Of a stretch of 64,000 bases of DNA, positions 10,607 to 19,404 are shown one piece after another (within the stretch, counting starts at the first letter, position 1; the number at the start of each line of letters is the position of its first letter). The notes under the pieces were generated by a model, which ran no database searches, was not told the origin of the DNA, and worked only from the letters and a program-made list of their open reading frames with translations. The translations under genes and the position numbers were made by a program. Origin of the DNA: Armatimonadota bacterium (GTDB lineage: Bacteria; Armatimonadota; SYMT01); NCBI GenBank assembly GCA_046292385.1, contig JBKBRF010000001.1:269608-333607 (forward strand), read 5' to 3'.

Positions 10607-11515
10607 ATGGTCGCGATCGATCTGGTCCGGGGGCAGACTACCAGCAGCGAGACTCGCTTCGCAAGCCTGGAAGAGGCGGAGCCGCGGAGCGAGTACAACT
10701 ACTCGCATTTCGGCACTCGCCACCTGCTTCGGGACGCGCAGCGCACGTTCGCGGGGCGCGGCATCCCGCCCGGCGCGCTGGCTCCCGACTTCGAGCTGGA
10801 GAAGGTGGGAGGCGGCACGTTCCGCCTGAGTGATCTTCGCGGGATGCCGGTGCTGCTCCATTTCGGCTCCTTTACGTGACCGGCGACGGTTGGCACGGTC
10901 GTGCCGCTGCGCGATTTGCACGCTGTCTGGGGAGACCGGATCCAGTTCGTCGACGTGGTGATCCGCCAGGCGCATCCCGGCCCGGGAGTGCGGCCTTACC
11001 ACACCTTTGAAGAGAAGCGGAGGGACGCGGAGCGCTACGCCCGGGAGGAGCGAATCCCGTGGACCGTGGCTGTCGACGACCTGGACGGCACCGTCCACCA
11101 GGTCTACGGCGGGATTGCGGATCCGGCCTACCTGATCGGAGCCGACGGGCGCGTCTCGTTCTACAGCATGTGGACCAACGTCCCGGAGCTGGAGAAGGCG
11201 CTCGGCGAGCTGATGACCCAGGACTGGCAGGGGGTGGTCCGCGGCGGCCTGCTGCGCCGGCCGGACATGGTCCCGATCCTGACCGAAGGCTGGCCGGCGC
11301 TGGAGCGCGGGCTGCCGCAGAGCTACCTTGACCTGGAGCTGGCGGCGCCGGGGAGCGCCACGCTCTCCTGGCTCGGGTACCAGCTGCGGCCGGTGGTCCA
11401 GCCTGCCGCGCGCGCGGTCACCTCGCTGCCCGCGCCGGCCCGGGTGGGGCTGGCGATCGGAGCGATCGGCCTGGCGGTGTTTGGCCTCCGGGCCCTGGCA
11501 CGGCGGCGCGGGTAG
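10607..11515 (+). CDS. Iodothyronine deiodinase-like thioredoxin-fold selenoprotein (UGA at 10877-10879 read as Sec), C-terminal membrane anchor
   Basis: ORFs 10607-10879 and 10901-11515 are in the same frame; joined they read APDF...PVLLHFGSFT-U-P...IRQAHPG, matching deiodinase FGSCTUP / EAHP motifs; SECIS-like hairpin follows the UGA. Confidence 0.85.
10887..10909 (+). promoter_or_regulatory. Bacterial SECIS element
   Basis: CGG(U)UGGCAC-GGUC-GUGCCGCUG: 9-bp stem including G-U pairs, bulged U, GGUC loop starting 18 nt after the UGA. Confidence 0.8.
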
Positions 11516-11523
11516 GAGCCGAG

Positions 11524-12624
11524 ATGGAGCTGCGGCCGGTTTCCGACCAGGTAGTGGTGGTGATGGGTGCCTCCAGCGGGATTGGCCGCGACGTCGCCCA
11601 GCGCTTCGCCGCGCGCGGCGCGCGGGTGGTCCTCTCCGCGCGGGACGCCGACGCGCTGGCAGCGCTGGCGGCGGAGATCCGCGCGGGCGGCGGCGAGGCA
11701 ACCTGCTGTCCGGCCGACGTGGCCGTGTTCGAGCAGGTGCGGTCCGTGGCCGACTTCGCCGTCGCCAGGTATGGGCGTCTCGATACCTGGGTGCACCTTG
11801 CCGGAGTGGGGCTCTGGTCCCGCGTGGACGACATGCGGCCGGAGGAGTGGGACCGGGTGATCGCGGTCAACCTGAGCGGCCAGGCCTACGGCGCGATGGC
11901 GGCGCTGCCGCACCTGCGGGCGCAGGGGCGGGGGAAGCTGATCCACGTCTCCTCCCTGGAGGCAGCGACCGCGCTGCCGTTGCAGAGCGCATACGCGGCG
12001 TCGAAGCACGGGGTGCGGGGGTTCGTGCGCGCCCTGCGGATGGAGCTGCAGAGCGAGGGGAGCGGGATCGACGTGACGGAGGTGCTGCCGTCCGGGATTA
12101 ACACGCCGCTCTTCGATACCGCCCGCACCCACATCGGCGTGAAGCCGCGGCCGCTCCCGCCGATGTACGAGCCGGAGGTGGTGAGCGACGCGATCCTCTA
12201 CGCTGCCGAGCACCGGACCGAAGAGGTGGTGGCGGGCGGCGGGGGCAAGCTCGCGGAGCTGGCGCAGCGGTACGTGCCGCGCCTCTGGATGCGCGCCCTC
12301 GTCGCGCTGGCGCCGCGACTGCAGCGGACGGCGGAAGCGAAGGGGGAGGGCGCACCGGACAACCTGTTCCACCCGGCCGAGGGGCCCAGGCCGGCACACG
12401 GCACGTTCGGCGGTGAGTCGCGGCGCGTGAGCCTCTATACCTGGTCGCGCACTCACCCGCTCGCCGCCGGTGCCGTCCTGGCGCTCGGAATTGCCGCGTT
12501 TGCGGCCCTGGCCTCCCGGGGCCGCGGCACGACACCCGACCACGGCGCTTTTGGGCCCTGCTCCGTCCCGGCGGACGATCCGGCGGTAGAGGCCGAGCAG
12601 TCGTGCAGCCTCCGGGCGTCCTGA
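11524..12624 (+). CDS. Short-chain dehydrogenase/reductase with C-terminal hydrophobic tail
   Basis: GASSGIG NAD(P)-binding motif, YAASK catalytic motif; 8 nt after the selenoprotein gene. Confidence 0.92.
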   Translation: MELRPVSDQVVVVMGASSGIGRDVAQRFAARGARVVLSARDADALAALAAEIRAGGGEATCCPADVAVFEQVRSVADFAVARYGRLDTWVHLAGVGLWSRVDDMRPEEWDRVIAVNLSGQAYGAMAALPHLRAQGRGKLIHVSSLEAATALPLQSAYAASKHGVRGFVRALRMELQSEGSGIDVTEVLPSGINTPLFDTARTHIGVKPRPLPPMYEPEVVSDAILYAAEHRTEEVVAGGGGKLAELAQRYVPRLWMRALVALAPRLQRTAEAKGEGAPDNLFHPAEGPRPAHGTFGGESRRVSLYTWSRTHPLAAGAVLALGIAAFAALASRGRGTTPDHGAFGPCSVPADDPAVEAEQSCSLRAS

Positions 12625-12785
12625 GCGGGAGCCGGCGCAGGTGATGGCGATTTAACACTGGACGGGTTGCAGGTCGCTCGCTAGGGGACCAATAATCCGG
12701 TGGGAGGGCATGCGTCGCAGCCGCGCGCCTCCGGATATTCACCGCTCCGCTCACCCTCGCCCGCTGCACCCCAGGTACCCGTTCC

Positions 12786-15380
12786 ATGCCCCGCCATCCC
12801 CGCTTGCACCGTCTCGCCGCGCCTGCCGCGCTGTTCAGCGCCTTACTGGCCACCGGAGCCGGCGCCGCGAGCCTCCCCGACTTCGACATCCAGAGCGGCT
12901 CTCGCGGCACCACGCTGCCGCCGCCGCCCGGCGCGCTCTCTACTTCGGGTAAAGAGGTGCCGGCGGGCACGGTGATCAAGCTCGACGCGCTGACCGGCAC
13001 CGCCAGCCGCGTCTCCCATCCCCGCTCTACGCTGACCCGCCCCAGCTCCCTGCCGGCGGAGCAGGTGGCGCGCGGCTTCCTCCGCAGCGCCTCCGGGCTC
13101 TTCCGCCTGCGCGAGTCGGACCTGGCGGCCGTGACGCGGGTCCACCAGCACTCCACCGAGGGTCCGGGCGTCTCCCACGTCACCTTCGGCCAGCAGTTCC
13201 AGGGCATTCCGGTCTTCAAGGCGGAAAAGCTGGTCCACGTCGACCGGCGCGGCCGCGTGCTCTCCGCCTCCGGCGCGCTGGTGCCGGAGCTGCGCGCCAC
13301 GATCTCCGCGGTCGCGCCGCGCTTGAGCGCCGCGGAGGCGGTCCGGAGGGCGCTGCACCATGCCAGCATTCCGGCTGCGGCTCCCGGCCGGCAGGTGGCC
13401 GGTCCCATCGGAAAGCGGCGGGAGACTCGCTTCGTAAACGACCGGCTGCTCACCCGGCCGGCGGAGGTGGAGCTCTCCTACCTTCCGGTGGCGCCGGGCC
13501 GCACCGCGCTGGCGTGGGACACCACCCTCTGGCTCAAGAATTCGACGGCGGTCTACCACGTGCTGGTCGACGCGACCACCGGCGACCTGCTCTTCCGAAA
13601 GAACTACACGCAGCACGCCGCGAGCGGGTTGATCTACGACCACGAGGCGCCGCAGGACGGGGCGCCCTATCTGGGTACTACCCCGCCGGTGCTCCCACGG
13701 GTGACCGCGCCGTTCAACGGCAGCGATCACTTCCAGGCGTCAGACCCGCACTTCGACTGGTGGGCGGGAGAGTCGCAAACCAGCTCCCTGAGCAACAACG
13801 TCCGCGCGGTGGAGGACAGGGACAACGACGGGCGGCTGGGCGGTCTCTTCGACGTGCAGCAAAGCAACTTCGCCTTCGAGCTCGACCTGAGCAAAGACCC
13901 CGCCCAGTACCTCGCCGCCTCGGTCACCAACCTCTTCTACTGGAACAACTACCTGCACGACGTGTGGTACACGTTTGGCTTCAACGAGGCCGCGCGGAAT
14001 TTCCAGCATAAGAACTTCGGGCTCGGCGGCATTCCGTCAGACTCGATCCTCGCGGTGGCACAGCTCGGCGCGGATGTGAGTGACCCGAAGTTCCGCAACA
14101 ACGCCAGCATGTCGGTGCCGCCGGACGGCCAGGCCGGGCAGATGCTGATGTACGTGTGGGACGAGGCGGGGAGCCCGCTGCGAGACGGGTCGCTCTCCGC
14201 GGACATCATCGCCCACGAGTACTTCCACGGGGTGAGCCTGCGGCTGGTCGGCAACGCCAACGGGCTGAACGGCTTCCAGGGCGGCGCGATCGGCGAGGGG
14301 CTGTCCGACTTCGCCGCGCTGATGGTCCACGCGCGCCAGATCGACGATCCGCTGGGCACCTACCCGATCGGCGGCTACGTGCTGAACGACTTCCGGTTCG
14401 GCATCCGCAAGGAGCCGTACAGCGTCAACCCGAACGTCTTCACCCGCACCTACCGGCGGATCGGCGACCTGCGGAACGGGCAGTTGAGGGTCCACGACGG
14501 CGGAGAGATCCTCTGCAACGCGCTCTGGCAGACCTATGCGCGGCTCTACGAGCGGCTCGGCTTCACGCAGGCGAAGCGGCGGTCGATGCAGCTCCTGATC
14601 GACGCGCTGAAGCTCTCTCCCGCCGACCCGACCTTCCTCGACTTCCGCGACGCGCTGCTCCTGGCGGACCAGAACCGCTACGGCGGCGATTCCCGCACAG
14701 AGATCTGGCGCGCCTTCGCCTCCCGCGGCATGGGCTTCTCCGCCACTACGACCGGTCCGGACGACACCGCCCCGCAGGAAGCGTTCAACACGCCGGACCC
14801 GATTCCCGGAGACACGAACGGGGACGGCTTCGTGAACGTGGTCGACCTGCAGACGCTGGTGAACGTGGTACGCGGCGTCACGCCGAAGAACGTGGAGATC
14901 CAGGACGTCAACGGCGACTCGGACGTCACCGACGCGGATTACGACGCGTTCCTGGAGCTCTACCTGGCGATGGAGGACGACTTCCTCTTCGGCGGCGACG
15001 CCGAGATCCTGGCGAAGAAGAAAAAGAAGGTGCCGTTCTTCGGCTTCCATCCCGGCAAGCTGCAGATCTCGGCGCTCGCCTTCGACCTGATCCCGGGGAA
15101 GAACGACATCGTGGTGGAGCTGAAGCTCGCCCGGAACGACCTCCGCCTCGCCGCCAAGACGCTCGGCAACCGCCGCGGTCGCGTGGTGCTCTTCAGCACC
15201 ACCGGCCAGCCGATCCCGAAGGCCGCGAAGCTGCTCCTCTTCAAGGCGAAGGGCCTGAAGTCGGTAATCCCGCTCGATCCCAGCACCGACAACCGGGGCT
15301 CCGAAGGCGCCTCGCCGGCTGCCACCCTGCACGAGATCCCGTACGTAAAGGGCGGAAAGCGCGGCCCCGGCCTGGGGTAA
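12786..15380 (+). CDS. Secreted M36 (fungalysin) metallopeptidase with FTP/PepSY propeptide and dockerin-like domain
   Basis: Signal peptide; TNLFYWNNYLHD, GFNEAARNFQ, HEYFHG zinc motif, GEGLSD; GDTNGDGFVNVVDL dockerin-type repeat. Confidence 0.88.
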   Translation: MPRHPRLHRLAAPAALFSALLATGAGAASLPDFDIQSGSRGTTLPPPPGALSTSGKEVPAGTVIKLDALTGTASRVSHPRSTLTRPSSLPAEQVARGFLRSASGLFRLRESDLAAVTRVHQHSTEGPGVSHVTFGQQFQGIPVFKAEKLVHVDRRGRVLSASGALVPELRATISAVAPRLSAAEAVRRALHHASIPAAAPGRQVAGPIGKRRETRFVNDRLLTRPAEVELSYLPVAPGRTALAWDTTLWLKNSTAVYHVLVDATTGDLLFRKNYTQHAASGLIYDHEAPQDGAPYLGTTPPVLPRVTAPFNGSDHFQASDPHFDWWAGESQTSSLSNNVRAVEDRDNDGRLGGLFDVQQSNFAFELDLSKDPAQYLAASVTNLFYWNNYLHDVWYTFGFNEAARNFQHKNFGLGGIPSDSILAVAQLGADVSDPKFRNNASMSVPPDGQAGQMLMYVWDEAGSPLRDGSLSADIIAHEYFHGVSLRLVGNANGLNGFQGGAIGEGLSDFAALMVHARQIDDPLGTYPIGGYVLNDFRFGIRKEPYSVNPNVFTRTYRRIGDLRNGQLRVHDGGEILCNALWQTYARLYERLGFTQAKRRSMQLLIDALKLSPADPTFLDFRDALLLADQNRYGGDSRTEIWRAFASRGMGFSATTTGPDDTAPQEAFNTPDPIPGDTNGDGFVNVVDLQTLVNVVRGVTPKNVEIQDVNGDSDVTDADYDAFLELYLAMEDDFLFGGDAEILAKKKKKVPFFGFHPGKLQISALAFDLIPGKNDIVVELKLARNDLRLAAKTLGNRRGRVVLFSTTGQPIPKAAKLLLFKAKGLKSVIPLDPSTDNRGSEGASPAATLHEIPYVKGGKRGPGLG

Positions 15381-15406
15381 GCGTTTACCTCTCTGCCCCT
15401 AAAGCG

Positions 15407-15452
15407 GAAGAGCGCGGCACGGTCTCACAGCCGGCCGCGCTCTTCGTGTTTC
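15407..15452 (+). terminator. Probable intrinsic terminator after the M36 gene
   Basis: GAAGAGCGCGGC / GCCGCGCTCTTC 12-bp stem followed by GTGTTTC. Confidence 0.55.
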
Positions 15453-15604
15453 TGTCGGGCTAGGCGCGGGTTCGCAGCGGGACGATGCCCGTTGACGAGC
15501 CCCGCACTCGCCCCCTCGGAGGATCAGCTCTCAACGTCTGCTGCCGGCGCCGCTTCTCGCGCCTTGAGACAGGTCGCGGCAGTTGAGTCTCGAGCCGGGG
15601 GCAT

Positions 15605-15997
15605 TCAGGTGTCGATGTCGCCCCAAGCCGTCCTCATCGTTTCTCTCGCCATCGCTTCTGTGGGGTACAACTCGGCCCACGCGATCAAGGCAAAGTCGTG
15701 AGCCTGGAGGACGGACCCGGGCTCGGGCTTCCCGAATACCTCGCAGACGTAGACCGCGATGGGCCATTCGGTGACTGGGAATAGTCCTGACCCCTTGTGT
15801 CTCGTCGCGATCATCACCCGATCCAGCTCGCGGCCGGCGCCGGGACCGTCCTCGATCTGGATGGGGGGCGTCACCGCGATCAACAGATAGTCACTCCGGT
15901 GCGTTCCCGCGAGCCGCCACAGGCGAGTGCACTGCCGCGGTTCTGAAAGGGTGAGAATCTCTGTCGAGGCCAGGAAGAAATCCGGGTGAGCTTGCAT
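15605..15997 (-). CDS. Hypothetical protein (130 aa)
   Basis: ATG preceded by AAAAGGGG; globular, aromatic-rich sequence; no family recognised. Confidence 0.65.
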   Translation of the reverse strand: MQAHPDFFLASTEILTLSEPRQCTRLWRLAGTHRSDYLLIAVTPPIQIEDGPGAGRELDRVMIATRHKGSGLFPVTEWPIAVYVCEVFGKPEPGSVLQAHDFALIAWAELYPTEAMARETMRTAWGDIDT

Positions 15998-16128
15998 CTA
16001 AACCCCTTTCCAGAGCGGCGGATCGAGCCGTTGGGGATCACGCCGGCGGCCGTCCTCCTGTAAGCTCCGTACTTGGAGCTACGGGGTTCGGAAGTAAGTA
16101 CTTCCAGGCTCTCGGTTCGACTGGGCTC

Positions 16129-16180
16129 AGCCCGCGCAGGCGGGCTTCGCTCTCTGTAGCCTCGACTTTAGTCCGAGGCG
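16129..16180. repeat. REP-like double hairpin
   Basis: AGCCCGC-GCAG-GCGGGCT followed by GTAG-CCTCGACTTTAGTCCGAGG palindrome. Confidence 0.6.
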
Positions 16181-16527
16181 CGAATCCGGCCCAACTTCCC
16201 GTTCGCCACGTAGACCCTCTGGACCCCATTTGTAGGCATCTTCGTACACATACCCTACACAGCGGTTGGCTGGCAGCTCTGGATTACATAGCGGTCCCAC
16301 CTGATTCCATCAGGCGATCACAGGCGCCGCGTGAGACTTCCGTTCACCAAGGCCGGACGCGCTCTTCTCGTTTCCGGAGATCGGTCGAACCAGACTCGCC
16401 CTCGCGCCGGTATAAACTACCGGGGTCACTTCCGGCCCTTCGCGGCGCCCGTACCGGTGGTGCCGCAACCTGAGTGGGGAAGCACTGGGTGCGATCGGAT
16501 CTCTCCTGGACCACGCCTAAATCGAGG

Positions 16528-17766
16528 ATGCGCTCGGGCACGGCCCGGCTCGGACCGGCGCTCACGCTCAACATCGGGGCGGCGCTTACCAGCCTGCTCG
16601 GCAACGCCTTTCGAGCGGCGCTGACGGTGCTCGGGGTCGTGATCGGTGTCGCCTCCGTAATCGTGCTCGTCGCCTTTGGCGAGGGCGCGCAGCGGGAGAT
16701 CACCTCCCAGATCGACACCCTCGGCGCTTCCGTCTCCATCCTGGTCCCGGGGAAGATGCAGGGCCAGGCCAACTTCAACCCGATGGGCGGAATGGGCCTG
16801 AGCAACATCACCTGGGACGACGTGGAGGCCGTGCGGAGCGTGCCGGGCATCCGGGCCGCGGCGCCGGTCACCTTCATCGGGGGCGGGGTCTACCGCGGCG
16901 AGAAGGCGGCGGAGATCTGCATGCCGATCGCCACCACCCCGGAGTTCCAGAGCATCCGCCGCCTCACGCTGCAGGACGGGCGGTTCTTCACCGGCGCGGA
17001 GCTGGAGCGGAAGGTCTGCATCCTGGGGAAGGGGATCAAGCAGGACCTTTTTGGCGAGGAGCCGGCGGTGGGGAAGGAGATCTCGATCAACGACACCGCC
17101 TACCGCGTGATCGGGGTCGCCGCGGAGCGCAGCATCGGGAGCGGGATGTTCGGCGGCGACGAGCTCGACGCGCTGATCTACCTGCCGTTCTCCGCCGTGG
17201 AGAAGCAGTACGGGATGTCGCTCATCCACCGCGTCTTCGTCGACGTGATGCCGGACCGGGAGCCGGAAGCGGTGCTGGAGCAGGTGCGGCAGACGGTGCT
17301 GCAGCAGCACGGGGGCCGGGACGACTTCTCCCTCCTCGGCGCCAAAGAGCTGCTCTCGATGTTCTACCGGATCTTCACCCTGCTGGCGTCGCTGCTGGTC
17401 GGCATCACCAGCATTTCGCTCATCGTCGGCGGGATCGGGATCATGAACGTGATGCTCGTCTCGGTGACGGAGCGGACGCGGGAGATCGGCATCCGGAAGA
17501 CGGTCGGCGCCCGCCGCCGCGACATCTTCTTCCAGTTCCTCACGGAGGCGGTGGTGCTCTCCGCCGTCGGCGGCGCGCTGGGGATCGGGCTGGCGGTGCT
17601 GGTCTGCCGCCTGGTGGTGATCTGGATGCCGCTGCAGCCGGTCATCACCGGCAGCTCCGTCGCGCTCGGATTCGGGGTCTGCGTCGTCGTCGGCATCCTC
17701 TCCGGCGTGATCCCCGCCGTCGCCGCCGCCCGCAAAGACCCGATCGCGGCGATCCGCCACGAGTAG
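16528..17766 (+). CDS. MacB/FtsX-family ABC transporter permease
   Basis: LTVLGVVIGVASVI, VGGIGIMNVMLVSVTERTREIGIRK, QFLTEA motifs; start uncertain. Confidence 0.92.
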   Translation: MRSGTARLGPALTLNIGAALTSLLGNAFRAALTVLGVVIGVASVIVLVAFGEGAQREITSQIDTLGASVSILVPGKMQGQANFNPMGGMGLSNITWDDVEAVRSVPGIRAAAPVTFIGGGVYRGEKAAEICMPIATTPEFQSIRRLTLQDGRFFTGAELERKVCILGKGIKQDLFGEEPAVGKEISINDTAYRVIGVAAERSIGSGMFGGDELDALIYLPFSAVEKQYGMSLIHRVFVDVMPDREPEAVLEQVRQTVLQQHGGRDDFSLLGAKELLSMFYRIFTLLASLLVGITSISLIVGGIGIMNVMLVSVTERTREIGIRKTVGARRRDIFFQFLTEAVVLSAVGGALGIGLAVLVCRLVVIWMPLQPVITGSSVALGFGVCVVVGILSGVIPAVAAARKDPIAAIRHE

Positions 17767-17773
17767 CCCTCTC

Positions 17774-17866
17774 GGGACAGAGGGACAGAGGGACAGAGGG
17801 ACAGAGGGACAGAGGGACAGAGGGACAGAGGGACAGAGGGACAGAGGGACAGAGGGACAGAGGGAC
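17774..17866. repeat. Perfect 8-bp tandem repeat (GGGACAGA) x11 plus partial copy
   Basis: Directly visible, between convergent stop codons. Confidence 0.97.
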
Positions 17867-17926
17867 CGGCGGGCGAGAGCGAGCCGCACCGTACGCAAAC
17901 AGCCGCCCGGGCGTACGACCTACACG

Positions 17927-18916
17927 CTACCCCCTAAACGCTACACCCTGCCGCTGCGCGGCCCAACAGCGGACGCGGTGCGTGGGGCTGAGCTCCAGCC
18001 ATTCCGGCACCTTCAGGCACTCTTCGTTCGCGGCGGCGCAGCGGGGGCGGAAGGCGCAGCCTTCCGGGATGGAGAGCAGGTCCGGCGGCTGGCCGGCGAC
18101 CATTGGCAGGTGCTCCTGCCGCTCCGCCTCCAGCCGGGGCACGCTGGCGAGCAGCCCCTGCGTGTACGGGTGCCGGGGCTCGTCGAAGATCTCGTAGACG
18201 GTGCCGGTCTCCACCACCCGGCCGGCGTACATCACCATCACGCGGTCGGCCGTCTCCGCCACCACGCCGAGGTCATGGGTGATCAGCATGATCGAGGTCT
18301 GCCGCTCCCGCCGCAGCTCCAGCATCAGGTCGAGCACCTGGCGCTGGACGGTGACGTCGAGGGCGGTCGTCGGCTCGTCCGCGATCACCACCTCCGGGTT
18401 GCAGGCGAACGCCATCGCGATCATCACGCGCTGGCGCTGGCCGCCGCTCACCTGGTGCGGGTAGGAGTGGGCGCGGATCTCCGGATCCGGAAGTCCGACC
18501 CGGTGCAGCATCTGCACCGCCCGCTCCCACGCCTCGCGCCGGGTGACCTGCTGGTGGAGCATGATCGCCTCCGCCACCTGGAAGCCGATCGTCATCACCG
18601 GGTTCAGGGAGGAGAGCGGATCCTGGAACACCATCGCGATCTGCCCGCCCCGGATCGCCCGCATCTCCCGCTCCGGCGCCGCCAGCAGGTCGCGGCCGTG
18701 GAAGCGCACCTCACCGGAGATCGTCGCCGGCGGGGAGGGGACGAGGCGCATCACGGAGAGCGCGGTGACCGACTTCCCGCAGCCGGACTCGCCGACCACC
18801 CCCAGCACCTCGCCCGGAGCGAGATCGAACGAGACGTCGTCGACCGCGCGGAGATCGCGGCTGCCGCGGCGGAAGTCGACGCGGAGGTTCCGGACAGAGA
18901 GGAGCGGTTCTGGCAT
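17927..18916 (-). CDS. Oligopeptide/dipeptide ABC transporter ATP-binding subunit (OppD/DppD)
   Basis: [29 protein letters not shown] and C-terminal GCAFRPRC domain. Confidence 0.95.
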   Translation of the reverse strand: MPEPLLSVRNLRVDFRRGSRDLRAVDDVSFDLAPGEVLGVVGESGCGKSVTALSVMRLVPSPPATISGEVRFHGRDLLAAPEREMRAIRGGQIAMVFQDPLSSLNPVMTIGFQVAEAIMLHQQVTRREAWERAVQMLHRVGLPDPEIRAHSYPHQVSGGQRQRVMIAMAFACNPEVVIADEPTTALDVTVQRQVLDLMLELRRERQTSIMLITHDLGVVAETADRVMVMYAGRVVETGTVYEIFDEPRHPYTQGLLASVPRLEAERQEHLPMVAGQPPDLLSIPEGCAFRPRCAAANEECLKVPEWLELSPTHRVRCWAAQRQGVAFRG

Positions 18917-18990
18917 GGCGGCGCGGCGCGGCGGAGGAGCGACGGGCTATTTTATCCGCCCGGGCGCCCCGGCGTAGGATCCGGGTACCG

Positions 18991-19266
18991 TTAGCTCGCC
19001 AGCCGCAGGGCCGGGTTCGGCTCCCGGGAGGGCGCGGCGCAGTAGTCCCGCAGGTAGATGTCGAGCGCTCCCCGGCAGCTCTCCGCCAGTCCGGCGGCTC
19101 CCGGCACGCCTTCGGCAGCCAGCTCGTCCAGGCGGCGCTGGCAGGCCAGCAGCGTGGCATAGCCCTCCGCGCCCTCGCCGGCCGCCGCGCGCTCCAGCGC
19201 GTCCGAGATCGCCATCTGAAGCACGCCGAGCTCTCCCTGCAAGAGAGTCAACATCGATCTGCGCAT
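18991..19266 (-). CDS. Small hypothetical helical protein (91 aa)
   Basis: GAGGA RBS; GC3-rich, protein-like composition. Confidence 0.55.
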   Translation of the reverse strand: MRRSMLTLLQGELGVLQMAISDALERAAAGEGAEGYATLLACQRRLDELAAEGVPGAAGLAESCRGALDIYLRDYCAAPSREPNPALRLAS

Positions 19267-19404
19267 GCCCCATCGTCCTCTTTACCGGTACTTCCCGCGG
19301 GGGGTTTACCTCGGACGCGTAGAAATCACACGCGGTGGGCGCACCCGCAGTCGTGTCGACGCCTGGCGCACGCGGGAGCCGGGCGTCGACACGACGAGGT
19401 CGGG

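Noticed and set aside
10607..11515. Reading as two genes or as a nonsense pseudogene
   Set aside because: The UGA falls exactly at the deiodinase Sec position and is followed by a SECIS-like hairpin; recoding is the simpler explanation
10505..11701. N-terminal extension of the 714-aa methyltransferase ORF
   Set aside because: Antisense to the selenoprotein and SDR; RlmK-like similarity begins at about 10504
12622..12684. Second Sec read-through at the SDR TGA (GGTTGCAGGTC occurs downstream)
   Set aside because: The motif is about 40 nt away, lacks the complementary 3' arm, and the frame closes after 19 codons
16400..16527. Riboswitch or tRNA-Sec in the permease leader
   Set aside because: GC-rich pairing is possible, but no cloverleaf, UCA anticodon arm or known aptamer consensus was recognisable
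17774..17866. Possible CRISPR array
   Set aside because: Simple 8-bp tandem repeat with no spacers; no cas genes in the window
16426..17898. ORF with LCPSVPLS repeats
   Set aside because: Translation of the octamer tract plus the antisense of the permease
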